A stretch of 60,584 nt of DNA, the filler included. It is 5 parts of 5 records of this genome, joined end to end, with 100 filler letters (N's around TTAATTAATTAA, not from the genome) between each part and the next. Parts side by side here need not be neighbours in the genome. Positions count along the whole stretch, not along the records: positions 30,945 to 39,722 come from SRR22947725_2254; positions 39,823 to 55,019 come from SRR22947725_2255; 3 more parts are not named here. The stretch is one strand, 5' to 3'. Position 1 is the first letter of the stretch. Every line of letters begins with the position of its first letter. Below are positions 32,402 to 43,651 of the stretch, piece after piece. Position numbers and translations under genes: made by a program. The notes under the pieces are model-generated. The model was not told the origin of the DNA. It was given only the letters and a program-made list of their open reading frames with translations, and did not search any database.

Positions 32402-32983
32402 TTACGCAGCTTTATCCTTCTTTTCCAGACTACGCACAACGCTTTGATAACCTCCTGCATCGATATGTACCTGTTCAACACTGGTTGTCTTGCGCTTCAT
32501 TATCAAATTTCTATGCGGAAAACGGCCAAACTGGCGGATAATTTCTCGATGAGCTCGTGCGTGCAATAAATATTTAGGATTATCTAAGCGTTCGTGAATA
32601 AGCCGTACAGCCCGATCTTGATCGTAAAGATTTTCAGAATGCTCCAAAGGCATATAGAAAAAATGCCGTATGTGGGGATCAACTCTAAGATCCCAGCCTT
32701 TGGAGATAGCAGATTTTGCCGCAGCTAAAGCCGCTCTGTCAGTAGAAAAAGCACGAGAGTCACTTCTAAACATGTTCCGAGGCAACTGATCTGTTAAAAT
32801 AATATACGCTAACACCCCGTTAGGATATGTTAGCCAAAGGGAAAACTGTCCTTCGGCCACCTTTTGCCATGTCTCTACAAAATTATTCCGTATTTGGGTA
32901 TCAAAATTTTGATCCTCAATAAACCATTGTTCTGGTTTACACTCATCTAACCAAAAGCGCAGTATGTCGTCCGGACCCACCAT
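32402..32983 (-). CDS. DUF924-family protein
   Basis: ILRFW, DQLPRNMFR, FFYMPLEHSE, FGRFPHRN; start set at the ATG with an AGGAG Shine-Dalgarno. Confidence 0.92.
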   Translation of the reverse strand: MVGPDDILRFWLDECKPEQWFIEDQNFDTQIRNNFVETWQKVAEGQFSLWLTYPNGVLAYIILTDQLPRNMFRSDSRAFSTDRAALAAAKSAISKGWDLRVDPHIRHFFYMPLEHSENLYDQDRAVRLIHERLDNPKYLLHARAHREIIRQFGRFPHRNLIMKRKTTSVEQVHIDAGGYQSVVRSLEKKDKAA

Positions 32984-33073
32984 GGTTTTACTCCTGTTTC
33001 CATGCAATCCCTACGAATCGATACAACTATTTTATCGGTAGACCTAATCACGAAATACGACAGTGGCGACACT

Positions 33074-34342
33074 TTACTCACTTTGGCTGTCGTCTTCTCC
33101 CTCCAGATCAGCCTCAATGGCATATTCTTGTGCAATTTCCATAGAAACTGGCGTTGTAGAAGCTTGCGACATCACAACATATGCTCCTGTTTCATCAATA
33201 GGAATTGAATTTCGTTGCGTAGAACGATAAGCGGCGTAGCCGACAAGAATAATAAATAGAACTCCAATATACAGGTAGAATCCAGGTGGACCAATGTTTT
33301 CCATCAACACACCAACAATCAAAGGACCACAAACCGCCCCAAGCCCATTGATAAAAACCAGGCCCCCAGAGGCTGCGGTCATGTCACCATGTTCAAGAAA
33401 ATCATTTGTATGCGCTAACAGCAAGGAATATAATGGATGCGACGTACCCCCGATTATAAAAGCTGATATTAATAAAAATGCGAATTGATGACCAAAAGCT
33501 ACCCCAATTAAAGATCCAACAGTACCAACCATTGCCACATAGATTATTAATGTTCTGCGATCCATCCGATCCGAGATCCAACCTATTGGATATTGAAGCA
33601 AAACTGCTCCAACAAAGAATGTTGCTACGAAAGTAGAGATTTGCCCGGTACTTAAGCCTGCCTGAGCTGCGTAAACTGAAGACATACCAAACTGAGCCGA
33701 AAACACACCGCCTAGGATCAGCATTCCAAAACAACCTAACGGAGAAAATTTAGACAACTGTCTCAATGTCATTGGTTTGGTGGTGTCAAACGCAGGCGTA
33801 GAGCTTATCGACAAAAGTATTGGCGTTATTGCAATCGAAACCAAAACTGACGGAATGACAAATAAAACAAAACCAGACGGATCAGCAGTCAGTAATAGCG
33901 CTTGACTGGCAACAATACCAAAAGTCTGAACCATCATATAGAGTGACAGAGCTTTCCCTCGATTAGAGTTATCAGCCGCCTCGTTCAACCAGCTTTCGGC
34001 CGTGACATAAACAGCTGAAAAACAAAAACCAATAATTACACGCCCGACAGTCCATATCCATGGATCAGCAAAAGTTGGGTAAAGTATCATAACTGCTGAA
34101 ATTAAAGATGCGAGGGCGGCAAAAACTCTCACATGACCGACACGCCGGATCATACTAGGGGCCATTCGACTGCCTCCTAAAAATCCAGCAAAATAAGCCG
34201 ACATAACAATGGACATCTCAAGAGTCGAAAAACCTTCAATTTCTCCTCGAATACCCAACAATGTGCCCTGCATACCGTTTCCGACCATAAGCAGACACAT
34301 GCCTAGCAAAAGCGCCCATGCGCTTGACAGAACCTGAAGCAT
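33074..34342 (-). CDS. MFS transporter (YcaD/YbfB-like)
   Basis: GNGMQGTLLG, RVGHVRVFAA, ESWLN, GWISDRMDRR; start trimmed to MLQV. Confidence 0.9.
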   Translation of the reverse strand: MLQVLSSAWALLLGMCLLMVGNGMQGTLLGIRGEIEGFSTLEMSIVMSAYFAGFLGGSRMAPSMIRRVGHVRVFAALASLISAVMILYPTFADPWIWTVGRVIIGFCFSAVYVTAESWLNEAADNSNRGKALSLYMMVQTFGIVASQALLLTADPSGFVLFVIPSVLVSIAITPILLSISSTPAFDTTKPMTLRQLSKFSPLGCFGMLILGGVFSAQFGMSSVYAAQAGLSTGQISTFVATFFVGAVLLQYPIGWISDRMDRRTLIIYVAMVGTVGSLIGVAFGHQFAFLLISAFIIGGTSHPLYSLLLAHTNDFLEHGDMTAASGGLVFINGLGAVCGPLIVGVLMENIGPPGFYLYIGVLFIILVGYAAYRSTQRNSIPIDETGAYVVMSQASTTPVSMEIAQEYAIEADLEGEDDSQSE

Positions 34343-34419
34343 GTCACACATCCTTTGACAATGTACATTAGCCCATTTCCACAGGTTAAACATATTGTTC
34401 GCAAGCAGTTGCGACCTAT

Positions 34420-35490
34420 TTATGTCGGTTTTGAAATTTTATAGCTTGGCAGCAGCAGTGATGCGTCGCCATATGAAAAAAATCTATATTTTTTTTCCAC
34501 TGCATGCTGATAAATACTGATAATTCTATCCGATCCCATGAGTGCTGACACCAGCATCATAAGTGTCGATTTGGGTAAGTGAAAATTAGTGATTAGCCCA
34601 TCAGAAACAATAAACTGAAAGCTTGGATAAATGAAAATCTCTGTATAACCTTCCCAAGGCGCAAGCCCAGATTCCCGTGCCATCGTTTCAATTAAGCGGA
34701 GTGACGTAGTCCCAACTGGGATGACACGACCACCCCGAGCCTTTGTTTGTGCAATTTTTGCGGCAGCAGTTTGGTTTACTTGCCCCCATTCAGCATGCAT
34801 TTTATGAGACTTCACGTCATCTACTTTTACAGGCAAAAATGTTCCTGCTCCGACATGCAAAGTTACATAGGTGAATAGAACGCCTCGTTTTTTAAGTGCA
34901 GTAAGTAATAAATCATCAAAATGTAGAGACGCCGTTGGTGCTGCGACAGCACCATTGTTGCGCGCCCAAACTGTTTGGTAATCTTCTTTATCCTGCAAAT
35001 CTGCAGGCCGTTTCGCGGCGATATATGGCGGCAAGGGCATAGCACCCGCCTCGCCTAGTGCCACATCAAAATCATCGCCCTGTAAATTAAAACTAAAAAA
35101 ACCTTGACCACGACTTTTAGCCATCAATGTTGCAGACAATTTTTCCGAAAATACGAGGGTTTCACCAGCATTGATCCTTTTTAAAGGCTTAATCAAAGCA
35201 GACCATGTTCCGTCAGGCTCCAGTTGTAGCAATGTTACTTCAATTTTAGCCTTGGTTATTTCTTTATCGCCTTTACGATAACGAAAACCATTTAATCTTG
35301 CAGGGATAACCCGAGTATCGTTCAACACTAGAAGATCACCCGGTTTAAGCCAAGCCACCAAGTCAGTTACCGATGCATCATGGATACTATCACCTTGAGC
35401 AATTAATAGCCGCGCGGAGGACCGAGGCTTAGCTGGTCGAGTAGCTATCAAATCAGCAGGCAGAAAAAAATCAAAATCATTCAGCTTCAT
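34420..35490 (-). CDS. queA: S-adenosylmethionine:tRNA ribosyltransferase-isomerase
   Basis: [55 protein letters not shown] motifs. Confidence 0.97.
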   Translation of the reverse strand: MKLNDFDFFLPADLIATRPAKPRSSARLLIAQGDSIHDASVTDLVAWLKPGDLLVLNDTRVIPARLNGFRYRKGDKEITKAKIEVTLLQLEPDGTWSALIKPLKRINAGETLVFSEKLSATLMAKSRGQGFFSFNLQGDDFDVALGEAGAMPLPPYIAAKRPADLQDKEDYQTVWARNNGAVAAPTASLHFDDLLLTALKKRGVLFTYVTLHVGAGTFLPVKVDDVKSHKMHAEWGQVNQTAAAKIAQTKARGGRVIPVGTTSLRLIETMARESGLAPWEGYTEIFIYPSFQFIVSDGLITNFHLPKSTLMMLVSALMGSDRIISIYQHAVEKKYRFFSYGDASLLLPSYKISKPT

Positions 35491-35512
35491 CCGACTGGCT
35501 TTAGCTACGCTT

Positions 35513-38500
35513 TCAGCGGTCATCAAGCCGTTGCTGGCGTTCTTCCAGCATTTCTTCAGATGAAAAATTCGGGACTGCATCTAGCACGAACGCTTTTGGT
35601 AACTCTGGCACAGCAGCATTACCATCTATAGTTGACAAATTCGGAGAAGCGGCACGAAACAAATCGCGAAATACACCAGGTGTCAATGCTGACATGGGAT
35701 TTACTGTAACCTTGGGCTCACTTGTTTGCCCACTTAGAGTATAATTAAAACCAATCAGGCCTTCACCTTTACGAGTAAGAAAACTTCCAATTCCGTTTAA
35801 CAAATAAATTGGTGAAATTACCCCGCGCATATCCAAAATTGAGTTAGCAGCATCAAGAGTGCCATCCATTGACAAACCTATAGACGGGCCAACCGCGCTG
35901 GCCTGTGTTAACACTAAGTTTGATGGATTAAGACGAAACTTTGCTTCGACATCTTGGAAGCGAATGCCACTGCCGTCCAGTTGATCAAATAAACCAACAA
36001 TGCTTATTGCATTAAGTAAAGTACCAATGAAAGGAGCGTCCTGAATGCTTGTATCAGTCACGTTCAAAACTCCATCAAAAGACGCATCTCCAATCGGTAA
36101 TAAAGTGAGTGAAAGCGTACCACCGCGGGCTTTTTTAAAGATTCCTAACGAAGCAGCCACACCACCCGCTTCTTCGGATGTTATCAGAACAGCACTACGT
36201 CCATTCTGCGGTAAAACGTGACCATTGACAGTCGCACCATTATTAACTTTGGCTTTGAACTTTCCATTAAGTCCGCCAGATAAATCAAATTCACCATTCA
36301 AATCTGTAAGAGATATAGTGTCCGTAACCTGAAGAAGTTCCAGCGATACGCTTATAGGTTGATCAGCTATTAATTCGTCATTTTTTTTCACACCACCCTT
36401 CGTATTATCGCCACCAAAATTTGCTTTTCTCAAGTCTAATATTCCAGCGCGAACAACAATAGCTGGCGGCACCCCAGCACCACGCCCAACCAAATCAACG
36501 GGCCCTTTTATCCATTCACCCACTTGCACTGCGTCAAAGCGGGCCAAATTCAGTCCACCATCAGCCTCTAATAAAGTAATACTTCCATTTGCTTTCAAAC
36601 CTGGCACATCAATATCAATATTTTCCACACGCGGGGGATTACTAAGAACGCCGGCAATAGATAGTTTTCCATACGTAGCGGCTGGCTTGCTCCAATTGAT
36701 CCATGGTGCAGAAATTTGCAGACCCGTCAAATTACTATCGAGCCGGAAACTTGGCGCCCCACCCCGTAAAGGCATGGCAAGCTCAATATTCGCAGAACCT
36801 TCACCTGACACCATTTTGGACGGCAGACCGATACTAAATGCTTTTAACATATGTTCAGATAATTCTAATGAGCCCTCCAGCTTGCTTGGCATAGACTTAT
36901 TACCAAGCGGTTGGTTCCAAACTACATCAAATGCTACTTTGTCCAGCATTCCTTTTCCAGAAATTGTAACTCCAAGGTTGTCGGCTGAGATCTGTAAAGT
37001 CTTAGATTCAAGAAGTCTGCCTTCAACCACTTTTGTGCTAACAATATCGGAAGCGGTACCGAGCATACTAAAAGTAAAATCTTCTGGCTTTAACCCACGT
37101 CTAAGCGGCATCGAGAGTGTACCAGCTACCTTCAGGCGTCCATCTGCAATCGTGGGGTCACGACCAGCTTTTTTCATAATTGATAACGGTGGCTGATCTA
37201 AAAGAGAGAGCATCCCAGTTACATAGCTACTTGTTTTTAATCGCACTACACCAGGCGCCCCAGGCCCAAACGTAACATCTGGAATAATAAACGAAGTTCC
37301 AGAAACATCGACAATTCCTCCTTTCTTAGCCTTAACTTTCCCTTTGTTTAAAGTTGCGACAAAACGGTCATTAAGAAGGGTAGCCGTACCATTTGCATCG
37401 GTTATAAAAGGCAGGTTTTTTGCATACCGCACCACACCTTTTTCGTAGGTAAATCCCAAAAACAAGTTGGGCTTCAAACCTGGTTGTCCGCGCAGCACTG
37501 CGTCTATGTTGCTTAGGCTGCCAGCTATAATATTTTCACTAATCCATCTACGAGTACGCGGTTTTAAGCCTGAAGGCCAAATTGCCAGTAACCTTTCAGA
37601 TGATAGACCATCCAAATGCGCATCGAAATTATAACTCCAACCGTCTGGCTCAGTTTCCAAATTTGCTTCAACTTGTAAAGTCTGTCCGTTGTCATGAAGC
37701 AGCAACTGACCAATGTGCAGACGGAAAGGGTTGAGCAAAAGTTTAAAATCCATCTCAACAGACTCTATTGAGATAGCTTCAGGATATAAATCGTCCGGGT
37801 TGACCTGAACTGTATTGGATTTAAATCGGCCTACAAGATTTTCAAAACCTCCAATGTCGCTTACATCCAAGAAAGCTTGCCCAATCATTTCGCCGGTAAT
37901 CCATGGGCTAACCACAGACAGCTCGTCAAAAGTCAAAATACTGAGCGCTGGATCATAACGAAAATAACTTCGCGCCGAGGAAAACGGGATGGGACGCGTT
38001 TCATCGATTGGTTGCAATACTCCCTCTCCTATGGCCAGCGTAGCGTTCACAGGAAGCAACGAACCTTCATCGGTAATTCCGCCAATTAATGAACCTGAAA
38101 TTGGAGCATGAAGCACGTTCAGCCAAGCGAATGGAGGCGCTAAAGCAGCAAGGTCACCAGCCTCAATATCCTTTATATTTAAACCAAAATCTGCTGCGGT
38201 AGCGCCAATTATACTTTTGTAATTTGCCTCTAAGGTCGCAACACCTTGACCTCCATTAAGCAAAGCAAGGTCCGTTTTTGCCTGTATGGTGTTACCATCA
38301 CGTTTGAAGCTCAAGCGGCCACCATCAATAGTCCATATCCGTTCCAAAGATTGATCTTCTATCTGTAAATTTAGCGCTTGAATCTCAGCGCTAGTCAGAT
38401 CAGCCAGAATTGGCAAATTCAATAATCTATCAAATCGGTTGATCAACTGAGCAACTGTTGCGGCCTGCTGGTGCGGCGCAGTAAGGTCCAGACCGCCTGA

Positions 38501-38950
38501 CACGACAATTGACCCGTTTGGCAAGCGTCGCAAACTGACGAAAACGCCGCTTACACTCATGTTGGTAAGTTGTAATTGACCTTGAATTAGATGACTAAGT
38601 GATAGCTCTGCACGGACCTCAGAAAATGCTATAATCTCAATTCCAGTTTTTGTGGTTAACTTAACATTTGTCATTAAAACTTGCGGTTTTAAGCTAGAAT
38701 CAATTAACAAATCCAACGCATCAAAATTTAATTCTGCCGAGCCTAAAGCTTCCGCTGAACGAATTTCAATACTATTACGAACCCAATCTGGAGCTTTAAA
38801 GTTCCAACCTATTACATGATAGTAAATCAAACTCAAAGTAATCATCACGAAAAGCAGAAAAACAAAACTGACAATTGCAACACGTTGCCAAAAGCTTTTG
38901 TACACAGGTTTAGGTTGTTTCAAAGGTTTATTATTTTCATTATCATTCAT
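35513..38950 (-). CDS. Large YhdP/AsmA-like (DUF3971) envelope protein
   Basis: N-terminal TM anchor, long beta-rich body, C-terminal [11 protein letters not shown]....P.V.VNP.SALTPG; lies between bcp and queA as in Rhodobacterales. Confidence 0.8.
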   Translation of the reverse strand: MNDNENNKPLKQPKPVYKSFWQRVAIVSFVFLLFVMITLSLIYYHVIGWNFKAPDWVRNSIEIRSAEALGSAELNFDALDLLIDSSLKPQVLMTNVKLTTKTGIEIIAFSEVRAELSLSHLIQGQLQLTNMSVSGVFVSLRRLPNGSIVVSGGLDLTAPHQQAATVAQLINRFDRLLNLPILADLTSAEIQALNLQIEDQSLERIWTIDGGRLSFKRDGNTIQAKTDLALLNGGQGVATLEANYKSIIGATAADFGLNIKDIEAGDLAALAPPFAWLNVLHAPISGSLIGGITDEGSLLPVNATLAIGEGVLQPIDETRPIPFSSARSYFRYDPALSILTFDELSVVSPWITGEMIGQAFLDVSDIGGFENLVGRFKSNTVQVNPDDLYPEAISIESVEMDFKLLLNPFRLHIGQLLLHDNGQTLQVEANLETEPDGWSYNFDAHLDGLSSERLLAIWPSGLKPRTRRWISENIIAGSLSNIDAVLRGQPGLKPNLFLGFTYEKGVVRYAKNLPFITDANGTATLLNDRFVATLNKGKVKAKKGGIVDVSGTSFIIPDVTFGPGAPGVVRLKTSSYVTGMLSLLDQPPLSIMKKAGRDPTIADGRLKVAGTLSMPLRRGLKPEDFTFSMLGTASDIVSTKVVEGRLLESKTLQISADNLGVTISGKGMLDKVAFDVVWNQPLGNKSMPSKLEGSLELSEHMLKAFSIGLPSKMVSGEGSANIELAMPLRGGAPSFRLDSNLTGLQISAPWINWSKPAATYGKLSIAGVLSNPPRVENIDIDVPGLKANGSITLLEADGGLNLARFDAVQVGEWIKGPVDLVGRGAGVPPAIVVRAGILDLRKANFGGDNTKGGVKKNDELIADQPISVSLELLQVTDTISLTDLNGEFDLSGGLNGKFKAKVNNGATVNGHVLPQNGRSAVLITSEEAGGVAASLGIFKKARGGTLSLTLLPIGDASFDGVLNVTDTSIQDAPFIGTLLNAISIVGLFDQLDGSGIRFQDVEAKFRLNPSNLVLTQASAVGPSIGLSMDGTLDAANSILDMRGVISPIYLLNGIGSFLTRKGEGLIGFNYTLSGQTSEPKVTVNPMSALTPGVFRDLFRAASPNLSTIDGNAAVPELPKAFVLDAVPNFSSEEMLEERQQRLDDR

Positions 38951-39017
38951 TACTGTATTCTTACTGGTATGCCCTATAATCCCCTACTAAATTCACTATA
39001 AATCTGAAAAAGGCCAG

Positions 39018-39482
39018 ATGATGTTAAATGTTATGGACCAAGCACCAAACTTCACACTACCACAGACTGATGGCACTATGATTACCCTATCGTCACTAAA
39101 AGGTAATCCAGTTGTTTTGTTTTTTTATCCAAGGGATGACACTCCTGGGTGCACAACTGAATCTATAGCGTTTTCCGCTAAAATAGAAGCATTTGTTGCA
39201 AAAGGCGCAAAGGTTTTTGGCATTTCAAAAGACGGCATCAGTAGTCACGTAAAATTCACAACTAAACATAATCTAAAAGTACCATTATTATCTGATGAGA
39301 AAGGAAGCGTTTGCGAAGATTATGGAGTTTGGAAAGAGAAAAATATGTATGGGAAAAAGTACATGGGTATTGAAAGGACCACATATCTCATTGATGGAAA
39401 TGGACATATTGCAATGGTATGGCAGAAAGTAAAAGTTGCAGGCCATGCAGAGGAAGTTTTAGCATTAATAGAAAAACTATAA
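39018..39482 (+). CDS. bcp: Peroxiredoxin Bcp/PrxQ
   Basis: FFYPRDDTPGCTTE, YGKKYMGIERTT motifs. Confidence 0.93.
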   Translation: MMLNVMDQAPNFTLPQTDGTMITLSSLKGNPVVLFFYPRDDTPGCTTESIAFSAKIEAFVAKGAKVFGISKDGISSHVKFTTKHNLKVPLLSDEKGSVCEDYGVWKEKNMYGKKYMGIERTTYLIDGNGHIAMVWQKVKVAGHAEEVLALIEKL

Positions 39483-39722
39483 TGCAATCGCTGGCACAAA
39501 TGGCGGAAGAAGTTCTTCGAACCGCAGGCGGGCGTGAAAAAACAGCTCTTTCACGTGGATTCGCCAAAAAATGGCATATGGCAAGGAAAAACGAAAACAA
39601 ACCAGATGTTGGCACGGCCAATCCACCAAATCACCCAGCAAGACCCGCCACACCACAATTGCTCAGCCCGCGTGACGTGCCGCGGCGTCGCTCCGGCTCA
39701 CCTCAGGGCCGCATTGCGTTAT
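39482..39722 (+). CDS. Ferritin-like DUF455 protein, 3'-truncated
   Basis: P.RP..PQL..PR.VPRR....GRIAL N-terminus; follows bcp. Confidence 0.8.
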
Positions 39723-39822
39723 NNNNNNNNNNNNNNNNNNNNNNNNNNNNNNNNNNNNNNNNNNNNTTAATTAATTAANNNNNNNNNNNNNNNNNNNNNN
39801 NNNNNNNNNNNNNNNNNNNNNN
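39723..39822. other. Artificial contig linker
   Basis: N44-TTAATTAATTAA-N44. Confidence 0.98.
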
Positions 39823-39823
39823 A

Positions 39824-40336
39824 TTTCAAAGTTTACCTGATGTTTGGGCAATAGATCAACTTCACCCAATCGCGCCAATACAAAGATTAAACGAATATCC
39901 GGACAGAAGAGCTGTCTTAAATGATATTACTTGTGATAGTGACGGAATGATAAATAAGTTTGTTCTAAAAGATGGTATATCAAATACTCTTCCTCTTCAT
40001 AATATTGAAAAAAATGAAGATTATTTTCTAGGTGTTTTTTATATTGGTGCATACCAAGAAACGTTAGGTGACCTTCATAACTTATTTGGAGATACAAACG
40101 TCGTAACTATTAAGTTAAAAGATGATGGAGGCTATCAACTCCTTCATGAACAAGAAGGAGATACTATATCAGAAGTCCTGTCATATGTTGAATATGAACC
40201 TAAAGACATTATCAATAGATTCAAGCGTATTGTAGAGGATGCAGTAAGAAGTAGAGATTTATCATTGTCAGAAAGAAAAGAGTTAACTCTTTCATTCAAA
40301 GAATCTATTTCCGGATACACCTATTTTGAAAAATAG
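39824..40336 (+). CDS. speA: Biosynthetic arginine decarboxylase, C-terminal part (5'-truncated)
   Basis: Open from the contig edge: FQSLPDVWAIDQL.PI, DITCDSDG, GAYQETLGDLHNLFGDT. Confidence 0.93.
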   Translation, partial: FQSLPDVWAIDQLHPIAPIQRLNEYPDRRAVLNDITCDSDGMINKFVLKDGISNTLPLHNIEKNEDYFLGVFYIGAYQETLGDLHNLFGDTNVVTIKLKDDGGYQLLHEQEGDTISEVLSYVEYEPKDIINRFKRIVEDAVRSRDLSLSERKELTLSFKESISGYTYFEK

Positions 40337-40363
40337 CTTACTCAATATTTAAAGGAGATTGAA

Positions 40364-41569
40364 ATGAATACAGTATTAGTAATCGGTGCGGGAGGCGTGA
40401 GCCACGTTACAATCCATAAAATGGCTTCAGTTTCAATTACTTTTAACAAAATAGTTTTGGCAAGCCGAACAATAGATAAATGTGAAGCAATCAAAAAAAG
40501 TGTCAAAAATAAATATAATGTTGATATTGAAATAGTTTCTTTGGATGCAGACAATATAAATGAAACAATTTCAGTAATAAAAAAATATAATCCATTTGTG
40601 GTAGTTAACCTAGCCCTTCCATATCAAGATCTTAATATAATGGAGGCATGTCTCTCTACGAATACTCATTATTTAGATACAGCAAATTATGAACCAAAAG
40701 ATGATGCAAATTTCGAATATAAATGGCAGTGGGACTTCCAACAAAAATTCAAGAAAAAAGGTATAATGGCTCTCTTAGGTTCGGGGTTTGATCCAGGTGT
40801 AACAAATGTTTTTACCGCACATACAAAAAAACACTATTTAGATAATATTGAATTTTTAGATATTTTAGATTGCAACGATGGTGACCATGGACATCCATTT
40901 GCCACTAACTTTAATCCTGAAATTAATATAAGAGAAGTTACATCAGACAGTAAGCATTGGGAGAATAATGAATGGAAAATAGGACCTGCTTTAAAAAATA
41001 AAGTATCTTTTGATTTTCCTGAAATTGGATCAAAAAATATGTATTTAATGTATCATGAAGAATTAGAAAGTCTGATAAAACATTTTCCTGAAATTAAAAG
41101 AGCAAGATTTTGGATGACATTTGGTGATAATTATTTGAAACATTTAGAAGTTCTTGAAAATATTGGCATGACATCTATTAAACCAATTAATTATAATGGA
41201 ACTGAGATAGTGCCCTTACAATTTTTAAAAAGTATACTTCCTGACCCAGGGAGCCTTGGTAGTAGAACAAAAGGTAAAACTTGTATTGGAACCATAATTA
41301 CAGGTACAAAAAACAATATAAAAAAGACTTTTTACACTTATAACATATGTGACCACGAAAAATGTTTTGAAGAGGTTGGAAGTCAGGCAATTTCTTATAC
41401 AACTGGGGTACCAGCAATGATTGGAACAATGTTGATGTTAGAAAAAAAATGGTTCCAACCAGGTGTATGGAATATGGAACAATTTAACCCTGATCCATTT
41501 ATGAAACTATTAAATCAATATGGATTACCAACCAAAACTATTGAGCTAAGTAATCGTATCACTTTCTAG
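40364..41569 (+). CDS. Carboxy(nor)spermidine dehydrogenase (saccharopine dehydrogenase family)
   Basis: IGAGGV, NLALPYQD, YLDTANYEP, GSGFDPGVT, FATNFNPEINIRE, SYTTGVPAMIG; adjacent to nspC. Confidence 0.92.
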   Translation: MNTVLVIGAGGVSHVTIHKMASVSITFNKIVLASRTIDKCEAIKKSVKNKYNVDIEIVSLDADNINETISVIKKYNPFVVVNLALPYQDLNIMEACLSTNTHYLDTANYEPKDDANFEYKWQWDFQQKFKKKGIMALLGSGFDPGVTNVFTAHTKKHYLDNIEFLDILDCNDGDHGHPFATNFNPEINIREVTSDSKHWENNEWKIGPALKNKVSFDFPEIGSKNMYLMYHEELESLIKHFPEIKRARFWMTFGDNYLKHLEVLENIGMTSIKPINYNGTEIVPLQFLKSILPDPGSLGSRTKGKTCIGTIITGTKNNIKKTFYTYNICDHEKCFEEVGSQAISYTTGVPAMIGTMLMLEKKWFQPGVWNMEQFNPDPFMKLLNQYGLPTKTIELSNRITF

Positions 41570-41577
41570 GAAAAAAA

Positions 41578-42750
41578 ATGTTCCAAACGATGGGTGGTAA
41601 CCCTAGAAATTTTAACAAACTAGATTTGTATTCATTACCCAGTCCATGTTTTGTTATAGATAAAAAAGCGTTGCAAGATAATTTAGAAATACTATATGAA
41701 TTAAAAGAAGATACTAATGTAAAAATTCTTCTTGCTTTAAAAGCATTTTCAACATTTTCACTTGCTCCATTAATATCAAATTATTTAGATGGTTGTTGTA
41801 GCTCTGGTTTATACGAAACAAGATTAGCTAAAAAGTATTTCAAAGGAGAAATAAGTACTTTTTCTCCAGCTTATAAAACAGATGAATTTAATGAAATTGC
41901 ACAAAAGTCTAATCATATAATCTTTAATTCATTAAACCAGATGAACGATTTTTATGATGTTGCAAAAAAATTTAATAATGAGATTGGTATAAGGATTAAC
42001 CCTCTATATTCTGAAGTTGTTAATGAGAAATATAGCGCTGCAAGCCTTAATTCAAGGTTGGGTATACATTTAGAAGATTTAAAAAATATTGATTATAAAA
42101 AGCTCTCAGGTATTCATTTTCATACATTATGCGAGCAAAATTTTAAGCCTTTAGAAAATACCTGGAACCACATTAGAAAAACTATTATTCCTCTATCAAA
42201 AGAACTTAAGTGGATTAATTTAGGTGGTGGTCATCATATCACAAGAAAAGATTATCAAATCAATAAATTAAAAAAATTCTTAAAACAGATTTCTTATGAA
42301 ACTAGCAGTCAAATTTATATTGAACCAGGAGAAGCTGTAGTTTTAGATGCTGGGATATTAGTAGGTGAAATCATAGACTATTTTAAACCTAATAATAAAT
42401 TCTCATCAGAAATGGCTATCACAGACATAAGTGCAACATCACATATTCCAGACGTAATTGAGGCTCCTTATAGACCTGCATTACTTAATGAACCCAAAAC
42501 AGGTCATAGAGTACAATTAGGAGGTCCTAGTTGTTTAGCTGGAGATAATATAGGTGTCTATAATTTTAACCTACCTCCTAAAATTGGACAAAGAATAGCT
42601 TTACTAGATCAGGCACATTATACCATGGTAAAAACAAATTTTTTTAATGGCGTAAGAATGCCATCTATAGCTATTTGGGATAGTCTAACAAATGACCTTA
42701 ATATTATAAAAGAATTTTCATACGAGGATTTTGAAAATAAATTATCGTAA
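41578..42750 (+). CDS. nspC: Carboxy(nor)spermidine decarboxylase
   Basis: LLALKAF (PLP lysine), HFHTLCEQ, GGGHHITR, SCLAGD, HYTMVK..FNG motifs. Confidence 0.93.
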   Translation: MFQTMGGNPRNFNKLDLYSLPSPCFVIDKKALQDNLEILYELKEDTNVKILLALKAFSTFSLAPLISNYLDGCCSSGLYETRLAKKYFKGEISTFSPAYKTDEFNEIAQKSNHIIFNSLNQMNDFYDVAKKFNNEIGIRINPLYSEVVNEKYSAASLNSRLGIHLEDLKNIDYKKLSGIHFHTLCEQNFKPLENTWNHIRKTIIPLSKELKWINLGGGHHITRKDYQINKLKKFLKQISYETSSQIYIEPGEAVVLDAGILVGEIIDYFKPNNKFSSEMAITDISATSHIPDVIEAPYRPALLNEPKTGHRVQLGGPSCLAGDNIGVYNFNLPPKIGQRIALLDQAHYTMVKTNFFNGVRMPSIAIWDSLTNDLNIIKEFSYEDFENKLS

Positions 42751-42771
42751 TAATTTCTAAGGTGGGTAAAT

Positions 42772-43650
42772 ATGAATAATAATTTTTTTCTTAAATCTGA
42801 ACTAACTAAAACTGAAAAAAATAAAGATTTTTCTAAATTTCATATTATACCAGTTCCTTTAGAAAGAACAGTTTCATATGGTAAAGGAACACATATGGGA
42901 CCTCAAGCAATAATAGACGCTAGTAATGAACTTGAAAGATTTACAGGTAAAAGTGAACCCTGTCTTGTGGGTATCTACACTCACCCTTTTTTGGACTGTA
43001 ACAAACCCATAAATAAAATAATTAAAGAAGTCGAAGAAATCACAAAATATGTAAGCTCAAAAAGTAAAATACCAATTACCTTAGGAGGTGAACATAGTAT
43101 AACCTATGGCGCAGTCAATGGTATTTTCAAAGGGTTGCAGATATCAAACAAAACTGAAATAGGTATAATTCAAATTGATGCCCATGCTGACTTAAGAGAA
43201 AAATATGACGATGAAATTCATTCACACGCTAGTGTAATGTATTTACTCGGTCAGGAGAAATACAAAATTGCTCAATGTGGAGTTCGAGCGCTAAGTCTAG
43301 AAGAAGTAAATAATCAAATTAAATTTCAAATCATTTCTTTTAGTGTAGAGGAAATTAAAAAAAATAATAAAATAAAATTACCAGAAAATTTTCCTAAAAA
43401 AATCTACGTTTCTTTTGATTTAGATGGACTTGACCCATCAGTTATGCCTGCAACAGGAACACCTGTACCTGGTGGTTTAGGTTTTTATGATAGTTTACAA
43501 TTAATTGAAAATCTAATTAGAGATAGAGAAGTAGTTGGCTTTGACGTTGTTGAACTATCACCAATTGGAGGGTTTTTAGCTTACGATTTTACAGCAGCCA
43601 CAATAGTTTATAAGATAATGGAATTAATTAACTTAAATGAAAAATTATAA
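42772..43650 (+). CDS. speB: Agmatinase (ureohydrolase)
   Basis: GGEHS, DAHAD, SFDLDGLDPS..PATGTP.PGG motifs. Confidence 0.92.
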   Translation: MNNNFFLKSELTKTEKNKDFSKFHIIPVPLERTVSYGKGTHMGPQAIIDASNELERFTGKSEPCLVGIYTHPFLDCNKPINKIIKEVEEITKYVSSKSKIPITLGGEHSITYGAVNGIFKGLQISNKTEIGIIQIDAHADLREKYDDEIHSHASVMYLLGQEKYKIAQCGVRALSLEEVNNQIKFQIISFSVEEIKKNNKIKLPENFPKKIYVSFDLDGLDPSVMPATGTPVPGGLGFYDSLQLIENLIRDREVVGFDVVELSPIGGFLAYDFTAATIVYKIMELINLNEKL

Positions 43651-43651
43651 A

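Noticed and set aside
31068-38089. Antisense ORFs in the track (e.g. 31068-31559, 36687-37196, and similarly 53519-54013)
   Set aside because: They lie opposite well-supported genes and have no recognisable motifs, so they are shadow ORFs.
39419-39778. ORF-track calls running into N-runs or with extended N-termini (also lspA, queA, MFS, nuoD)
   Set aside because: The ends are linker artefacts and the upstream starts overlap neighbours or lack homologous sequence; coordinates were trimmed in the feature list.
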